A stretch of 63,378 nt of DNA, filler included, from Malassezia furfur (GCA_052055015.1; 16 parts of 16 records of this genome joined end to end with filler, not necessarily neighbours in it), one strand, 5' to 3'; shown: positions 34,852 to 47,807, counted from the whole stretch's first letter. Numbers and translations: made by a program. The notes: generated from the letters alone by a model not told the origin.

Positions 34852-35803
34852 TCACGCGCGCGTGGGGCGGCGGCCCACCCAGGGCCACGGCCACGCCTCC
34901 ACCCCGGTGGGCGCATGTGAATCCGGGCGTGCATACAGCGCGATCGGGCGCCGGAAGCCTGCGCACGGTCAGCACACACGTGCACAACGTACCATAGCCC
35001 GTGCCGGTCGCGACCGTGCCGAGCGGCACGAGCCCGACCGTCTCCATCACGAACGCCACGTCGTCGGGGCGCAGCTGCAGCTGTGCGTACGCCGCGCGCA
35101 GCGTGCGCGACACGGAGCGTGCCTGGTCGTACGACGCCCAGGGCTGCACCTCGAGTGCCACGATGCCGCCCGGCACGACGCACGCCGCGAGGCGCGCACA
35201 CAGGCGCACGAGGCCCGCGTCGCCCGCGTTCAGGTGCACCCACTTGGTGAGTGCAAAGCTGGTGTGAGTGCGGCGCGCGGCGTACCATAGGATCAGATCG
35301 TAGCCGCGCGCGTCCTCGGCGGCGAGCGCCGCGACGCCCTCGACCCAGTCGCCCGCGTGCAGCGCGATGCACCCCGGGAAGCCCGCGGCGCCGCGCGGCG
35401 GGAGCGGCAGCGGCCCGTACTGCGCCGCGAAGCACGCGGGGAAGTAGGCGGCCGCCTCCACTCGGCCGTGCGCGTCCGGCTGCGTGCGCGACCACGCGGC
35501 GCGCACCGCGGCGTGTGCGTCGTGGATGAGCTGTGCGTCGATGTCGACGCCGACGGCCATGTCGAGCGGCGGGTCGGCGAGCTGTGCGAGCTCGATGAGC
35601 GGCTTTGCGGCGTTGCAGCCGACGTCGAGCACGCGGCGCGGCGTGCGGCGCGGCGTGTGTGCGTACCACGCGAGCAGCGCGGCGATGCGCACGTCCACGC
35701 GGCTCACGCCGACGTCCGCGTCGCCGCCCGCGCGCGCGGCGCGCGCGCTGCGCATCCCATAGTAGTGCCGGAAGTTGCCGTGCACCGGCGGCGGAGGGGC
35801 CAT
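34852..35803 (-). CDS. BIN3: Bin3/MePCE-family RNA methylphosphate capping methyltransferase; introns 35259-35285 (27 nt) and 34959-34992 (34 nt)
   Basis: HGNFRHYY, VLDVGCN, GVDID..LI, LILCFALTKWVHLN.GD.GL, LEVQPW.SY, and GFRRPI after splicing. Confidence 0.88.
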
Positions 35804-36144
35804 GCGCCGCGGCGGGAGGAGGGGCACGTGACCGCTCGAAGACGGCCGCGCGGAAAAATTTTTGGCGCTGCCTTTGCCACGCGCCATTGCGGATTCTTGC
35901 CTGGGCCCGCATGATGGCATCGAGTGCGATGCGCGTATGTCTCTGCGCGCCCCGCGCGGCGCACGCAGGTGTGAGGCGGGCGCCCGGCGCGCCCGTGCTG
36001 CCTGCGGCGCTGCGCTCCGTCCGTGCGTACGCGGGCGTCTCGGCNNNNNNNNNNNNNNNNNNNNNNNNNNNNNNNNNNNNNNNNNNNNTTAATTAATTAA
36101 NNNNNNNNNNNNNNNNNNNNNNNNNNNNNNNNNNNNNNNNNNNN

Positions 36145-37607
36145 ACGCCGCCGACTTCCGTGGCGAGGCGGTGCGTGCGCTGCTCGCGGCGGTGCCCGAT
36201 GTCGCGGCGCTCGCCGCGGGGCTGCGCGCACAGTTTGTCGCGGGCGACGACGGCTCGTTTACGCCCACGCCCGGCACCGACGCCGCGTACGACGACGCGG
36301 AGGCGGCGGTGCACGCGGCCGAGGCGCGGCTCGAGGAGGAGCGCAAGGCCGCCGCGGCGACGCTCAAGCTCGCGCTGCGCGACGTGCCGTGGAAGCACGT
36401 CGGCACGAACGAGATCTACCAGCTCGAGGTGCCCGCGCGCACGGCGGTGCCGGCGCCGTGGATCGTCATGAGCCAGACCAAGGCGGCGAAGCGCTACTAC
36501 ACGCCGCGCGGCAAGGAGCTCGTGCGCCTGCTCAAGGAGGCGCGCGAGACGCGCCTCGCGGCGGTGCGCGCGTTCCAGGACACGGTCTATGCGCAGTTCC
36601 GCGCGGAGCACGCGACGTTTGCGCGCGCCGTGCGCACCGTCGCGCAGCTCGACGCGCTGCTGAGCCTCGCCAAGAGCAGCGCGGCGCTCGGTGCGCCCGC
36701 GTGCCGCCCGCGCCTCGTGTGGCGCGACACGGCGCACTTTGCGTTCCGCGCGCTGCGCCACCCGTGCATGGCGCCGAGTGCGCTGAGCGGCGCGCCCGCC
36801 GAGTTCATCCCCAACGACCTCGCGCTCGGCGACACGCACGAGGAGGTGATGATTCTCACGGGGAGCAACATGGCGGGCAAGAGCACCACCGCGCGCACCG
36901 CGGCGACCGCCGTGATCCTCGCGCAGCTCGGCTGCTACGTCCCCGCCGAGGACGCCGAACTGGCGCCCGTCGACCGCATCGCGTCGCGCATGGGCGCGAA
37001 CGACCAGCTGTTCCGCAACCACAGCACGTTCATGGTCGAGATGCTCGAGGCGTCCAAGATCCTGCGCGACGCGACGCCGCGCTCGCTCGTCATCATGGAC
37101 GAGCTCGGGCGCGGCACGTCGACATTCGACGGGCAGGCGATCGCCTACGCGGTGCTGCACCACCTCGTCGCCCGCACGCGGTGCCTGTGCTTCTTCATGA
37201 CGCACTACGCGACCATCGCCCAGAGCCTCGACACGTACCCGCGCGTGTGCAACCGGCACATGCACGTGCTCGTCGACGACGCGGCGCGCCACGTCGTGTT
37301 CACCTACCGCCTCGTGCCGGGCATCGCCGAGTCGTCGTACGGCACACAGGTCGCACGCATCGCCGGCGTCCCGGACGCGATCTGCACGCAGGCCGCGGCG
37401 ATCTCGGCGCGCTTCTTTGCCGAGGCGCACGCCGCGCAGGCCCAGCGCCGCACGCGCGCCGTGCCGCTCGAGACGCTCAGCGACTTTGCGCGCCTCGTGG
37501 CGCTCGCGCACGACGCGTCGGCCGCAGGCCGCACCGAGCTCGCGCTGCTCCTCGCTGCGGCCCAGCACCACCTCGCGACGCCCGCGCCCACAGCCGCCAC
37601 GCCGTAG
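36145..37607 (+). CDS. MSH6: Mismatch repair protein MSH6, C-terminal part
   Basis: YQLEVP, SQTKAAKRYYTP, LRHPC, FIPND, LTGSNMAGKST, DRIASRMGAND, STFMVE, DELGRGTSTFDG, THY. MSH6 rather than another MutS paralogue is inferred from these motifs. Confidence 0.88.
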
Positions 37608-37792
37608 CTTGCCTGCCCCGCGCCCACCGCCCGATCCCCGCGCCGCGCCCCGCGTTGCACCGCGCCGCGCTGCGTCGCAATTGGCGCCAGGACGCCACGT
37701 GGTAGATACCGCACGTGGCTCGATTGCGCAAGCGCCGACGCCGCCGGTGCGCCGCAGGTGCACGTAATTATGCCCGTCACGCCCCGTCGGCT

Positions 37793-39995
37793 ATGGACAA
37801 GGTGGGTGGTGCACGGGACCGGCGCGATGCGGCGGCCGACGGCGGCGCACGCACGCCGCTCGACGAGCATGCGCGACGGCTCGTGCAGCCCAACGCGTGT
37901 ATCTTGCGTCCCAGCGCGGAAACGGCGCCACGCGCAGGCACCGGCCTCGGCCTCGGCCTGACCACGGCGCCCGGCGCAGCGCCCGCGCCGACCTCGTCGA
38001 CGTCGCCGGGCGTGCCGACCGTGGACGTGTCGCCCGTCGCGCACCCCGCCGACGCGATGAACACGCCCAACGTCTCGCCGCCGCATGCGCCCGTCGACTG
38101 GGACCTGATGGCGAGCCTGGGCTTGTACGCCGAGCGCCCCGCGACGCCCGACCACGCAAGCCCGCTCTTGCCGATGGGCGACATGCTCACGGCGCTGCCG
38201 AGCGCCGCGTCGGCGAGCGAGAGCAGCTACTTCCCCGTGGCGCGCTCGTCGAGCTTGCGTTCCACCAACTCGATCCGCAGCCAGCGCAACTGGAGCGAGT
38301 TTGATGGACACCCCGTGTCGCCGCTGCCGAGCCCCATGATCCGCTCGATGCGCGACCCGCACGACTCGCCGCGCGAGCTGCACAGCCCCGAGATGCCCGC
38401 GAGCCCCAGCGACGGGCTCAGCAAGACGCAGGCCTTCTTCTCGCCCGGCGCCCACCCACCGCCGCCCAAGCCGCCGCAGAACCGCAGCGCGGCCATCGCG
38501 CGCAGCGCGTCGAGCCGCACGCCAAACACCGGCACCGACGCACAGCCGCGGCGGCAGCGCGCGCTCAGCTCGCCGCACCACACCCGCACCGAGACGCTGC
38601 CGGTGCCGAGCGGCGCCAGTGCGGCGCTCGCGGCGGCCGCGGCACCGTCGGCCACGCCGCCTGCACCGCACGCCGCGTCGTCGCAGGTTGAGCGCCTCTC
38701 GCCCGCGCTGCCGATCGAGCGCAAGGCGTCGCGGCCGACCGCGCGGCACTTTTACGGCCCGTCGATGACCGTGACCAACGACTCCATCGTGCCGTCGACG
38801 TCGCCGCCGCACGCGCCGGTGCCCGAGCCCACGCCCGCGCCCGCATCCGCGCCCATGCCCGAGGCACCTAGCGAGCGCGACGCGGCGCCCGAGGGCGACC
38901 ACCTCCTGGACGCCGTCGACCACCCCACCGAGCAGGAAGACGAGCAGGCGGGCCGCGTCGGGCCGTACCGTGTCTTGTCGCGCCTCGGCACGGGCGCCTT
39001 TAGCAAGGTGCTCCTCGCCGAGCCGCTGGGGCCGCCTCAGGGCCGCGTCGCGTTGAAAATGATCGCGTGCGAGCCGTGGAAGATCGACCGGCGGATGCGC
39101 GTGAGTTGGGTGCGCGAGGCCGAGGTGCTTCGCCACATTTCGCACCCCAACATTGTGCGGTTTGTGAACGCGTTCCGTACGCCGCACCACTATACGCTCG
39201 TGCTCGATGCGGTGGACGGCGGCGAGCTGTTTGACCTGCTGGCGCACCACCACGCGGCGATCGCCGAGCGCGAATGGCTGGTGCGCCGCATCTTTGGCGA
39301 GCTGGCGGGCGCAGTCGGATGGATGCACGCCAACAACCTCGTACACCGCGACATCAAGCTCGAAAACATCATGATGACGCGCACGCTCTTTGCCGCGGGG
39401 CATCCGCCGCTCACCCCTGCGGCGCTCGGCCCGATCCCGCTCGTGAAGATCACCGATTTCGGCCTCGCGCGCTTCATCCACGCCGATCAGCTGCTCGAGA
39501 CGCGCTGCGGCAGCGAGGAGTACGCCGCACCGGAGCTCATCATCGGGAAAAAGTACGACGGGCACAAAACAGACGCATGGGCGCTCGGCGTGGTGTTGTA
39601 CGCCCTGCTCACGGGCGGCCTGCCCTTTTTGCAGTCCAGCACGCCGTCGGCCGCCGCCGAGGCGCACGAGCAGCCCACGCGCGAGCGCCACCACGGCGCC
39701 GCGTCCGCCGCCGAGCGCGAGGCCAAGAGCCGCAAAACACACCTGCTGCGCATCGCCAAGGGCGAGCTGGTCTGGCCGCAGCACGCCAACCATCTCGCGG
39801 AGAGCGCTGCGTCGCCAAACTACGAGCCCGCGCTGCGCCTCGTCACACCGCAGGCACGGCACATTACGCAGCGCTTCCTGCGGCGCGATGCGGCGCGGCG
39901 TGCGGCATGCTGGGAGCTGTGGCAGGACCCATGGTTCCTCTACGGGAGCTTTGCGGCGCCGCAACCGGCGCTGGCGCCGACGCCGAACGACGACG
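37793..39995 (+). CDS. Ser/Thr protein kinase (CAMK group, Prr1-like) with long disordered N-terminus; 3' truncated
   Basis: LGTGAFSKV, VALKM, HRDIKLEN, DFGLAR, TRCGSEEYAAPELI, DAWALGV. Confidence 0.88.
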
Positions 39996-40095
39996 NNNNN
40001 NNNNNNNNNNNNNNNNNNNNNNNNNNNNNNNNNNNNNNNTTAATTAATTAANNNNNNNNNNNNNNNNNNNNNNNNNNNNNNNNNNNNNNNNNNNN

Positions 40096-40519
40096 GCCGC
40101 CGACGCCGCGCTCGGGCACGCCGGCGGGCGGCGGCTTTGGCGCGCCGCCCACGCCGCAGATGGCGCAGAAGCCCGGGTTCGTGCACCCCCGCGGCGACCG
40201 GACACACATTGCGCCGCAGCTGCGCCCCGTGGCCGACACGCTGTCGGGCGAGGTGCAGCGCCTGCACGCGATCAATGCGCAGCCGAAGCGCATCCTCGAC
40301 GACGCGGACCGCCGTGTGCAGCTGCTGCTTGACCTGCTGAACAACGGGCTGGTGGAGGACAGGCTCACGCCGCTGCTCCTGCAGCTTGCGCACGCGATCC
40401 GCGCGCGCGACCAGCAGGGCGCGCTCCAGCTGCACGTGCAGATCGCCACGATGGCGTCGGGCGACCTCGCGACGGCGCTCGTGGGCGTCAAGTTCTTGAT
40501 CGCGAAGCTGAATACGTAG
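40096..40519 (+). CDS. SEC31: COPII coat protein Sec31, C-terminal fragment
   Basis: Pro-rich linker then HPRGDRTHI...KRILDDADRRVQLLLDLLNN...ALQLHVQI...GVKFLI. Confidence 0.8.
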
Positions 40520-40701
40520 CGGGAACCTGGTTTGTGTGTGTAGTGGGCGCGTGCGGCGGCCGCGCGTGGGCGGTGTGGCGCGTCGTGTGCGCGGCGGCGC
40601 GTCCTGAGCGCCGCAGCGTGCCCGGCATGGCCTTGGGGCGCGCCCCGGTCGGCCTCCACCCTCCACCCACCGACGCTCCGCGCCGCACGTCCGCTGCAAC
40701 G

Positions 40702-43700
40702 ATGGCGCTCGGCGAGGACGGCGGCCTGGCCCTCGATATCGCCGCGTCGTCGCCGCCGCACTGGCAGACACGCGAGGCGGTGGGCGACACACATGCCGAT
40801 GCGACGCCTGCGACGCCCATGTTTGAGCTGGGGCGCGTGCAGTATGCGCTCCCCGCGCCGCTCGTCCAATTTGCCGTCGCGTCGAACAAGATGGTGCTGT
40901 GCATGCACGCGGCCGGCAGCACGGACGGCACACTGCTGCGCCTCGTGTGGGTGGACCTCGACGATCCTACTCGCACGCACGAGGGGCTCGTGCCGATGCC
41001 CCCCACGGCGCGTGCGCAGCCGCGCGCGACCGCGCAGGGCTCGCGGCTGTTTGTCGACCCCAGCGCCGAGCACGCGCTCGTGTGGCTCACGAGCGGGCAC
41101 ACCTACTACTGGACGCCCGCGCTCGCGCGCGCACGCCTGCTTCCGCGCCTGTCCGGCCTCACGCTCACGGCCGTCGCGTGGGGTCCGGCGGAGCTGACCC
41201 CCCGTGCGTCGCTCGGGGCAGCACCAAGTGGACGGCGGTGGGTCGTGACGCCCCCCATCCTGCTTTGCACGGCATCAGGCGAGGTGTGGGAGACCGTGTG
41301 TGCGGTGCAGGTCGCCGCGCCCTCCGCGCCGGGGCCGGCGCCGCGCACCGACTTCTTCGACCGCCTCGCGCGCAAAACGACGGGCGCACATGCCGAGTAC
41401 ACAGGGGCGGTCGAGCGCGACGTGCGCCGTGTGTTTGTGCTGAGCGACGCGCAGCCGATCGTCGGCGCCGCGTGGGCACAGCCCGCGGAAACGGCGTATA
41501 TCGTGCTGGCGACCGCGACACGGCTGTACGAGTTTAGCGGCGGCGCACGGCACGACGACGGGAACGAAGCACCGGCCAGCGTACTCGATGCCGTGTTCCA
41601 GCCGTACCGCGACACGCTGCAGACGCACCTCAAGATTGAGCTCCCTAGCGAGCACGACGCCGCGTCGCTCCTAAGCACGACGGCGGGCGCCGCGGCGCCC
41701 GATCGGCGTGCGCTTGTGTGGCACACCGGTGCGGGGCTGTACCATGCGCAAGTGAACCTCGGCGCACGCGCGCAGCACGACTTTCTCGAAAAGGCGGGGC
41801 TGCTCGCCTACTCGCGCGGCGTACCGCGCTTTGTCGCCCGCACGGCGTTCCACTGGGTGCTCGTGTACGCCGACCGGATCCGCTGCGTCCACACGCTGGA
41901 CGAGTCGGTGTCGTGGGACGCGCCGCTGCCGCTCGCGCCGCACGAGACCGTGCTGGGCGTGTCGGTAGACGCCGTGCACAACTCGTGCTGGGTGTACACG
42001 GCGACCAGCATCCTTGAGCTGATCGTCACCGACGAGGCGCGCGACGTATGGCGCATCTGGCTCACGCGCGGTGTGTACGACGACGCGCTGGCGTATGCGC
42101 CGGACGACGCCGCGCGCGCCCAGGTGCTTGCGGCCCAGGGCGATGCGCTGCTGCGCACTGGCCACGCCGACGACGCCGCAGCAGTGTATGCACAGACGCG
42201 CGAGCGCTCGTTTGATACGGTGGTGCTCGCGCTTGTCGCGCGCGGCGCGCACGACGCGCTGCGTGCGTACGTCCAGCGCCGGCTCGACGGTCTGCGAGCG
42301 AGCGAGAAGACGGCGCGGCTGATGCTAGCGACGTGGCTCGTCGAGCTGTACCTCGGCGCCATGGACCGTGCTGAGGATGCGGGCGCCGAGGCGGGGGTGG
42401 CGACCGAGGCGGCACACGGGAGCACCCAGGACGCCGCGCCGGCATCGTCCGCGACGCTGGGCGCCCTGGAGGACGGGCTGCGTACGCTCTTTGCCTCGTA
42501 CGCCAAGGTGCTCGACCACAAAACGACGTATGCGCTTCTCGCGCGCCACGGCCGCGACGACATGTGGCTCGCGTACGCCGAGGCGATCGGCGACACGCGG
42601 CGCATCGTCGCGCGTGCGATTGAGCGCGCGGCCTACGACGAGGCGCTGCGCACGCTTGCGGCGCACGACGATGTCGCGCTGTACTACGTCTTCTCAGTGC
42701 CGCTCATGCAGCATGCGCCAGCGGCCACGGTCGCGTGCTGGAAGCGGCACACGGGGCTCGACGCGGTGCGCCTCATCCCCGCCCTGCTGCAGCACCGCGC
42801 GCCGCAGGGCGCCGCGGACGTCGCGGTCGACTACCTGACGCACGTCGCGTACGAGCAGCGCAGCGAGGCCGTCGCCGTGCACAACCTGCTGGTCACGCGG
42901 CTCGCGGCGCGCGCCGCTGACGCAGCGCAGCCCGACACGGTGCGTGGCGCAGCGCGCGACGCGCTGCAGGCGTGCATCGAGGGGCGGCACACGGGCGGCC
43001 GCGTGTACTTTGATTTAGACTATGCGCTACGGCTGTGCGCGCGGCATGCGCTGCACGACGCGTGTGTGCGCCTGTACGCGCGCATGGAGCGCCACGAGAA
43101 TGCGGTGCACCTCGCGCTCGAGGCGGGCGACGTCGACCTCGCGTGCCGCTGCGCGGAGCTCGCGCCGAACCGCGACGTGCGCAAGAAGCTCTGGCTGCAG
43201 TGCGCCGCACAGGTGATCCGCACCGAGCACGGCGTGCAAGACGCCATGGCCTTTTTGCAGCGCACGTCGCTGCTCACGCTCGAAGATGTCCTGCCGCTCT
43301 TCCCCGACTTTGTCGTGATCGACGGCTTCCAGGACGAGATTTGCGAGATGCTCGACACCTACGTCCAGCGCATCGACGCACTCAAGGCCGAGATGGACCG
43401 CACGACGTACACCGCCGACCATATCCAGCGCGAGATCGGCGCACTGGCGACACAGTTTGTGCACCTCGACGCAGGGCAGCCGTGCGAGACGTGTGGCGCA
43501 CCGCTGCTCCAGCGCCACATGTACCTCTTCCCATGCCACCACGGCTACCACGCCGACTGCCTCACGCGCGAGGTCACACAGCACCTCCCGCCGCGCCGCC
43601 TGCGCCGCCTCCTCCAGCTGCAGGCGGAGCTCGAGGCGTACACGCAGCCCGCCGCGGACGCCGACGACGCCACGCAGCCATCGACGCCGAGCCGTGCACA

Positions 43701-43903
43701 GGGCCTTGCGGGCGCCGCAGGGTGGGGCGCGCTCCGCCTCGACAAGCTCCGCGAGCATGTACGGCCACAGGCGATCGTCGACGCGATCAGCACCGGCTTC
43801 AGTGTGGGCGTCGCGAGCGGGCGCCGCGTCCTTGCCCCGCTCGATCCGTTTGCCGAGCCGAGCGGCGGCGCACGGCCCGCCCAGGCGGCCGCCGCGCGCG
43901 CCG
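40702..43903 (+). CDS. PEP3: HOPS/CORVET subunit Vps18/Pep3; 3' truncated
   Basis: LFVDPS..H, TAFHW, WVYT...ELIVTDEARDVW, LATWLVELYL, LEDVLPLFPDFVVID.F, C-terminal RING CETC...FPCHHGYHADC. Confidence 0.92.
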
Positions 43904-44003
43904 NNNNNNNNNNNNNNNNNNNNNNNNNNNNNNNNNNNNNNNNNNNNTTAATTAATTAANNNNNNNNNNNNNNNNNNNNNNNNNNNNNNNNNNNNNNNNN
44001 NNN

Positions 44004-44852
44004 CGGCCTGCGCCGCCGCAGCACCTGCTCGCGAGCGAGCCGGCGCCGTACCTCGGCCTGCAGATGCCGCCCGCCGCGCGGGGGCAGCCGGCGCCGACGG
44101 GCGGCGAGTATGCCGAGTATACCAGCGGCGCCTATGCGCCGGGCCCGTCGCGTGCGCCGCGCATGCTGCCGCTCCCGCCCGACGCGGGCGCGCCGCTGAT
44201 GGAGGCGCCCGGTGCGCCGTACAGCGAGTACGCCGCGTCGCACAGCTACGCCGACTCGTCGCCGTTCGAGACGCACGAGGTGCTCACGCAGAGCTCCACG
44301 AAGCAGACGCCGCGCAGCTCGCGCGGCTACGTGCCGCTGCCCGAGCCGCCGATCCAGATGACGCACGTCGCGACCGAGTACGTGCAGCCGGAGCCGGGCT
44401 ACTACGACACGCCGACCTACCAGCAGGAGGTGGCACACTATGCGGACACGAGCCGCGACCTGCGCCACAAGACCTCGACGCGCTCGCGCGCCTCGGGCCT
44501 CGAGCGCAACAACAGCCAGCTGTCGCGCGTCGACAGCATCGGCGCGGGCGACCACCGCCGGCACTCGCGCAAGCTGCCGCAGCCGCCCGTGCCGCGCATG
44601 ACCACCTCGGAGCGCATCCGCGCGCTGCGCAGCGTCACGCAGGAGACGTACCTCGACGACCCGCCGCTCGGCGCCGACGCGGCGCAGCCCGCGCCGCCGG
44701 TGAGCGTGCAGGGACTGAACGGCGCCGATACGCTGAGCTACCCCGTGCGCGAGGAGCACCGCTACGCCACGCACTATGGCCAGACGGGCCCGTACGGCAA
44801 GCGGGCCGTCGCGGGCTCCGACGTGTCCAAGCACCGCTACCACCCCATCTGA
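44004..44852 (+). CDS. Hypothetical low-complexity protein, C-terminal fragment
   Basis: Open frame from the gap, P/S/Y-rich, ending KHRYHPI*. Confidence 0.55.
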   Translation, partial: RPAPPQHLLASEPAPYLGLQMPPAARGQPAPTGGEYAEYTSGAYAPGPSRAPRMLPLPPDAGAPLMEAPGAPYSEYAASHSYADSSPFETHEVLTQSSTKQTPRSSRGYVPLPEPPIQMTHVATEYVQPEPGYYDTPTYQQEVAHYADTSRDLRHKTSTRSRASGLERNNSQLSRVDSIGAGDHRRHSRKLPQPPVPRMTTSERIRALRSVTQETYLDDPPLGADAAQPAPPVSVQGLNGADTLSYPVREEHRYATHYGQTGPYGKRAVAGSDVSKHRYHPI

Positions 44853-45061
44853 CAAGGCCCCCTTCCTCGACCCAGACGACACGACGACATCGGGCGATCC
44901 TGCTCACACACGCATTCCCGTTCTCAGACTTTTTTCGGCGTTGTGCAGTACATGACAATAGTCGCTGTAAATGAACCCCTTGTATTGCGCGTCGTGCCGC
45001 GTGCGCCCCGCTGTGCCTTCGTGCGCGCCGCGCCCGGCGGACGGGGCGCGCGCCGCACGCG

Positions 45062-46561
45062 ATGTGGAGGCTGCGTCCGCCCGCACCACGGCGTGGGGGA
45101 CTCTGCCGAGGCGTGCGACGGCGCATGCCGCTTCCTGCGCTCCGCTGGACCGAGCTGCGTGCGCCCGTGGACGCGGCGAGCCGCCGCGTGTCGGAGCACG
45201 AGGTGCTGTGTGCCGACGCGGCGGCGCTGCCGTCGACCGTCGGCGTGTGCGTCGCGTGGAAACCGCCGTCGCACACGCGCCGCCGGCGCATCGGTACGTG
45301 GCCCGCTCACCCAGACTTTCTCGCATGCCTCCCGGAAGAGCTGGCCATCTATACCCTGTCGCTGCTGCGCGACCACGCGGACGTGTTGCGCGCCGCGTGC
45401 GTGAGCCGCACCTGGCACCGGCTCACGGCCGACCCGACGCTCTGGCGCCTGCTCCTCGTGCACCACCCCGGCTGGGGCGTGCGGTGGGACCGGCTGGCGC
45501 GCGCACCACCCAGCGTGCGTGGCGCATGGCGTGCACTGTACATGGACCGCTACGAGCTCGAGCGGCGATGGCGCGCGCTGCAGACGCTGCGCCGCGACGG
45601 CGCACCGCCTGCCGCGTTCCGCCCGGCGATCGTGCGCCTGCGCGGCCACACAGATAGCGTGTATGCGTGCTGCATGGACCCCGCGCACGGCACGGGCGGC
45701 GCGGGCTACGTCGTGAGTGGCTCGCGCGACCGCACCATCCGTGTGTGGGACGCGGCGTCGGCGGCGTGCGTCGCGACGCTGCACGGGCACGGGGGCAGCG
45801 TCGTGTGCCTCGCGCAGCACGGCGACGTGCTCGTGAGCGGCAGCTCGGACGCGACCGCGCGCGTGTGGCGCCGCGGCGGCGCGGGCGCGCCGCACTATGT
45901 CCTCGCGCACGTTTTGCGCGGGCACACGGCGGGCGTGCTCGACGTGGCGTTTGACGCGCACTACATCGTCACCGCGAGCCGCGACACGACCGTGCGCGTG
46001 TGGCGGCGCACGGACGGGCGCCTCGTGCACGTCTACGACGCGCACCGCGGCTCGGTGAACGCGTGCAGCGTGCGCGACGGCCTCGTGGCGACGGGCGCGG
46101 GCGACGGCAGCATCTATGTGTGGCGCATCGACACCGGCGAGACGCTGTGTGCGGTGCACGAGCCGCGGTGCGGCGTCGCGTCGATCGTGCTCGCCGGCGC
46201 GTGGCTGCTCGCGGGCAGCAGCGACCACACCGTGCGGGTGTGGTGCGTTGCGCGCGGCGCGTGCGTCGGGGCGTTTGCCGCGCACACCAAGCTTGTGCGC
46301 GCGCTCGCCTACGACCCCGCGCGGCAGCTGCTCGTGAGCGGCGGGTGGGACCGCACGACGCGCGTGTGGGATCTGGCGCAGCGCGAGGCGCTGCGCGCGC
46401 CGGGCGCCACGCCGCCGCTCGTCGTGTGCCTGAGCATGCACCAGGCGCGCATTTTTGACGTGGCGCTCGACACGACGCGCGTGCTGAGCGCGTGTGAGGA
46501 CGGCACGGTGTGGGTGGCCGACTTTGGGCACCAGGGCCTCGCGAGCGACCTGTTCGCGTAG
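45062..46561 (+). CDS. F-box/WD40 repeat protein; probable 21-nt intron 45294-45314
   Basis: F-box (DFLACLPEELAIY...ACVSRTW...LWR) and about 7 WD repeats (GHTDSVY, SGSRDRTIRVWD, TASRDTTVRVW, SGGWDRTTRVWD). Confidence 0.9.
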   Translation: MWRLRPPAPRRGGLCRGVRRRMPLPALRWTELRAPVDAASRRVSEHEVLCADAAALPSTVGVCVAWKPPSHTRRRRIGTWPAHPDFLACLPEELAIYTLSLLRDHADVLRAACVSRTWHRLTADPTLWRLLLVHHPGWGVRWDRLARAPPSVRGAWRALYMDRYELERRWRALQTLRRDGAPPAAFRPAIVRLRGHTDSVYACCMDPAHGTGGAGYVVSGSRDRTIRVWDAASAACVATLHGHGGSVVCLAQHGDVLVSGSSDATARVWRRGGAGAPHYVLAHVLRGHTAGVLDVAFDAHYIVTASRDTTVRVWRRTDGRLVHVYDAHRGSVNACSVRDGLVATGAGDGSIYVWRIDTGETLCAVHEPRCGVASIVLAGAWLLAGSSDHTVRVWCVARGACVGAFAAHTKLVRALAYDPARQLLVSGGWDRTTRVWDLAQREALRAPGATPPLVVCLSMHQARIFDVALDTTRVLSACEDGTVWVADFGHQGLASDLFA

Positions 46562-46863
46562 GCGGCGCGCCGTGTGCGGCGCGCCGTGCGCGGCGGCGCG
46601 CACCTCCACCGCCGCCTCCACTCGGCCGCGCCGGCGCGGTGGGCAAATAGATCGTAGTCGGCGCGCTGATTGGCCCGAATTGCTGTCGCTGCTGTGGCCG
46701 GCCCCGCGGTACTGGGGTGGCGTGGGCCGGGGTACGGCCGCCCCCCCGCGCGCCCCGGGGCCAGGCGTTCTTTCCGACGCCCGGTGCGAGACGAGTCGCG
46801 ACCGACGCTTTTCTCGTTTGGACGGCGGGAGCGTGCAGCGAGCGATCCACACGCGCGCCTACC

Positions 46864-47807
46864 ATGTCCCAACCCATGCGTACGGCGGAGCAGGCGCCGA
46901 AGCCGCCGCCCAAGTCGCGCCGTGACCTCGGCCGCCTGCTGGGCCGCTCCGGCCGCGGCGGCGACCGCAAGAGCAAGCACCGCACGTCGCAGTACGTCGA
47001 GCCCGTGGTGCACGGCGCCGAGGACGAGGCGCTCCCCGCGAAGCACATCGACGTGATCGATCAGCTGGACATCTCGGGCGTGCACGGCGCGAGTTGTACG
47101 TCCCCCCTGCGGCTCACCCAGTGTTCCACCACGACTCGCCGTACGACGCCTGCTCGCCCCACGTGAACCAGACCTCGAACCGCAAGGCGCCCATCCGCGC
47201 CTTTGGCTCGTCCGCGGACCCCGTCACGAACCAGATGCTCGCGTCCCACCAGCGCGGCGGGCGCACCATCGAGCCCGGCGCCGACGACTACCGCGGCCAG
47301 CGCGCGACGCAGGCGGGCGGCCACGACCCCTTCCAGCACCGCGCCGAGCCCGACTCGCAGAGCTCGATCGGGCTCGAGCCGCAGTACGACGACGCGAACC
47401 CCAACGCCGAGTTCTTTGGGGTGGCCGCCGAGCCGTGGCAAGACTTTGCGACGCCGTCGCAGGCCAACGCGCGCGCCTACGCCGAGGACCAGCCGAGCGG
47501 GCGCTCGAGCCGGAGCAGCACGTTTGCCGACATGGAGACCTACCTGCGGGGCACGCCGCGCACCAATACCACGCCGGCCGCCGGCGGCGCCGCGCAGGAG
47601 GCCACGGCGTCGCGCGCGAACGAGGTGACCTTTGACGACGTCACGCCCACCACGCCGCCCACGCGCAAGGGCACGCTGCGCGGCGCGGGCACGAGCCGCT
47701 CCAAGAGCCTGCTCGGCCGCTTCCGCCGCCTGCGCGTCGAGCCCGACGAGCCCGAGCTCGACGAGGCGCCCGCGGCGCAGCTGCGCCGCAACCGTACATA
47801 CAGCCCC
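46864..47807 (+). CDS. PAL1: Pal1-family cell morphology protein; intron 47096-47121 (26 nt); 3' truncated
   Basis: HIDVIDQLDISG...LFHHDSPYDACSPH.N...KAPIRAF, the Pal1 family signature. Confidence 0.85.

Noticed and set aside
35930..36044. Possible N-terminus of a mitochondrial protein (MRVCLCAPRAAHAG...VRAYA)
   Set aside because: Plausible given its divergent position to BIN3, but too short before the gap to support as a feature.
37304..39964. Long antisense and alternative-frame ORFs (e.g. 886 aa here, 930 aa at 32498-35290, 774 aa at 60816-63140)
   Set aside because: Shadow ORFs expected from very high GC3. They are Arg/Ala-rich, have no motifs and lie opposite well-supported genes.
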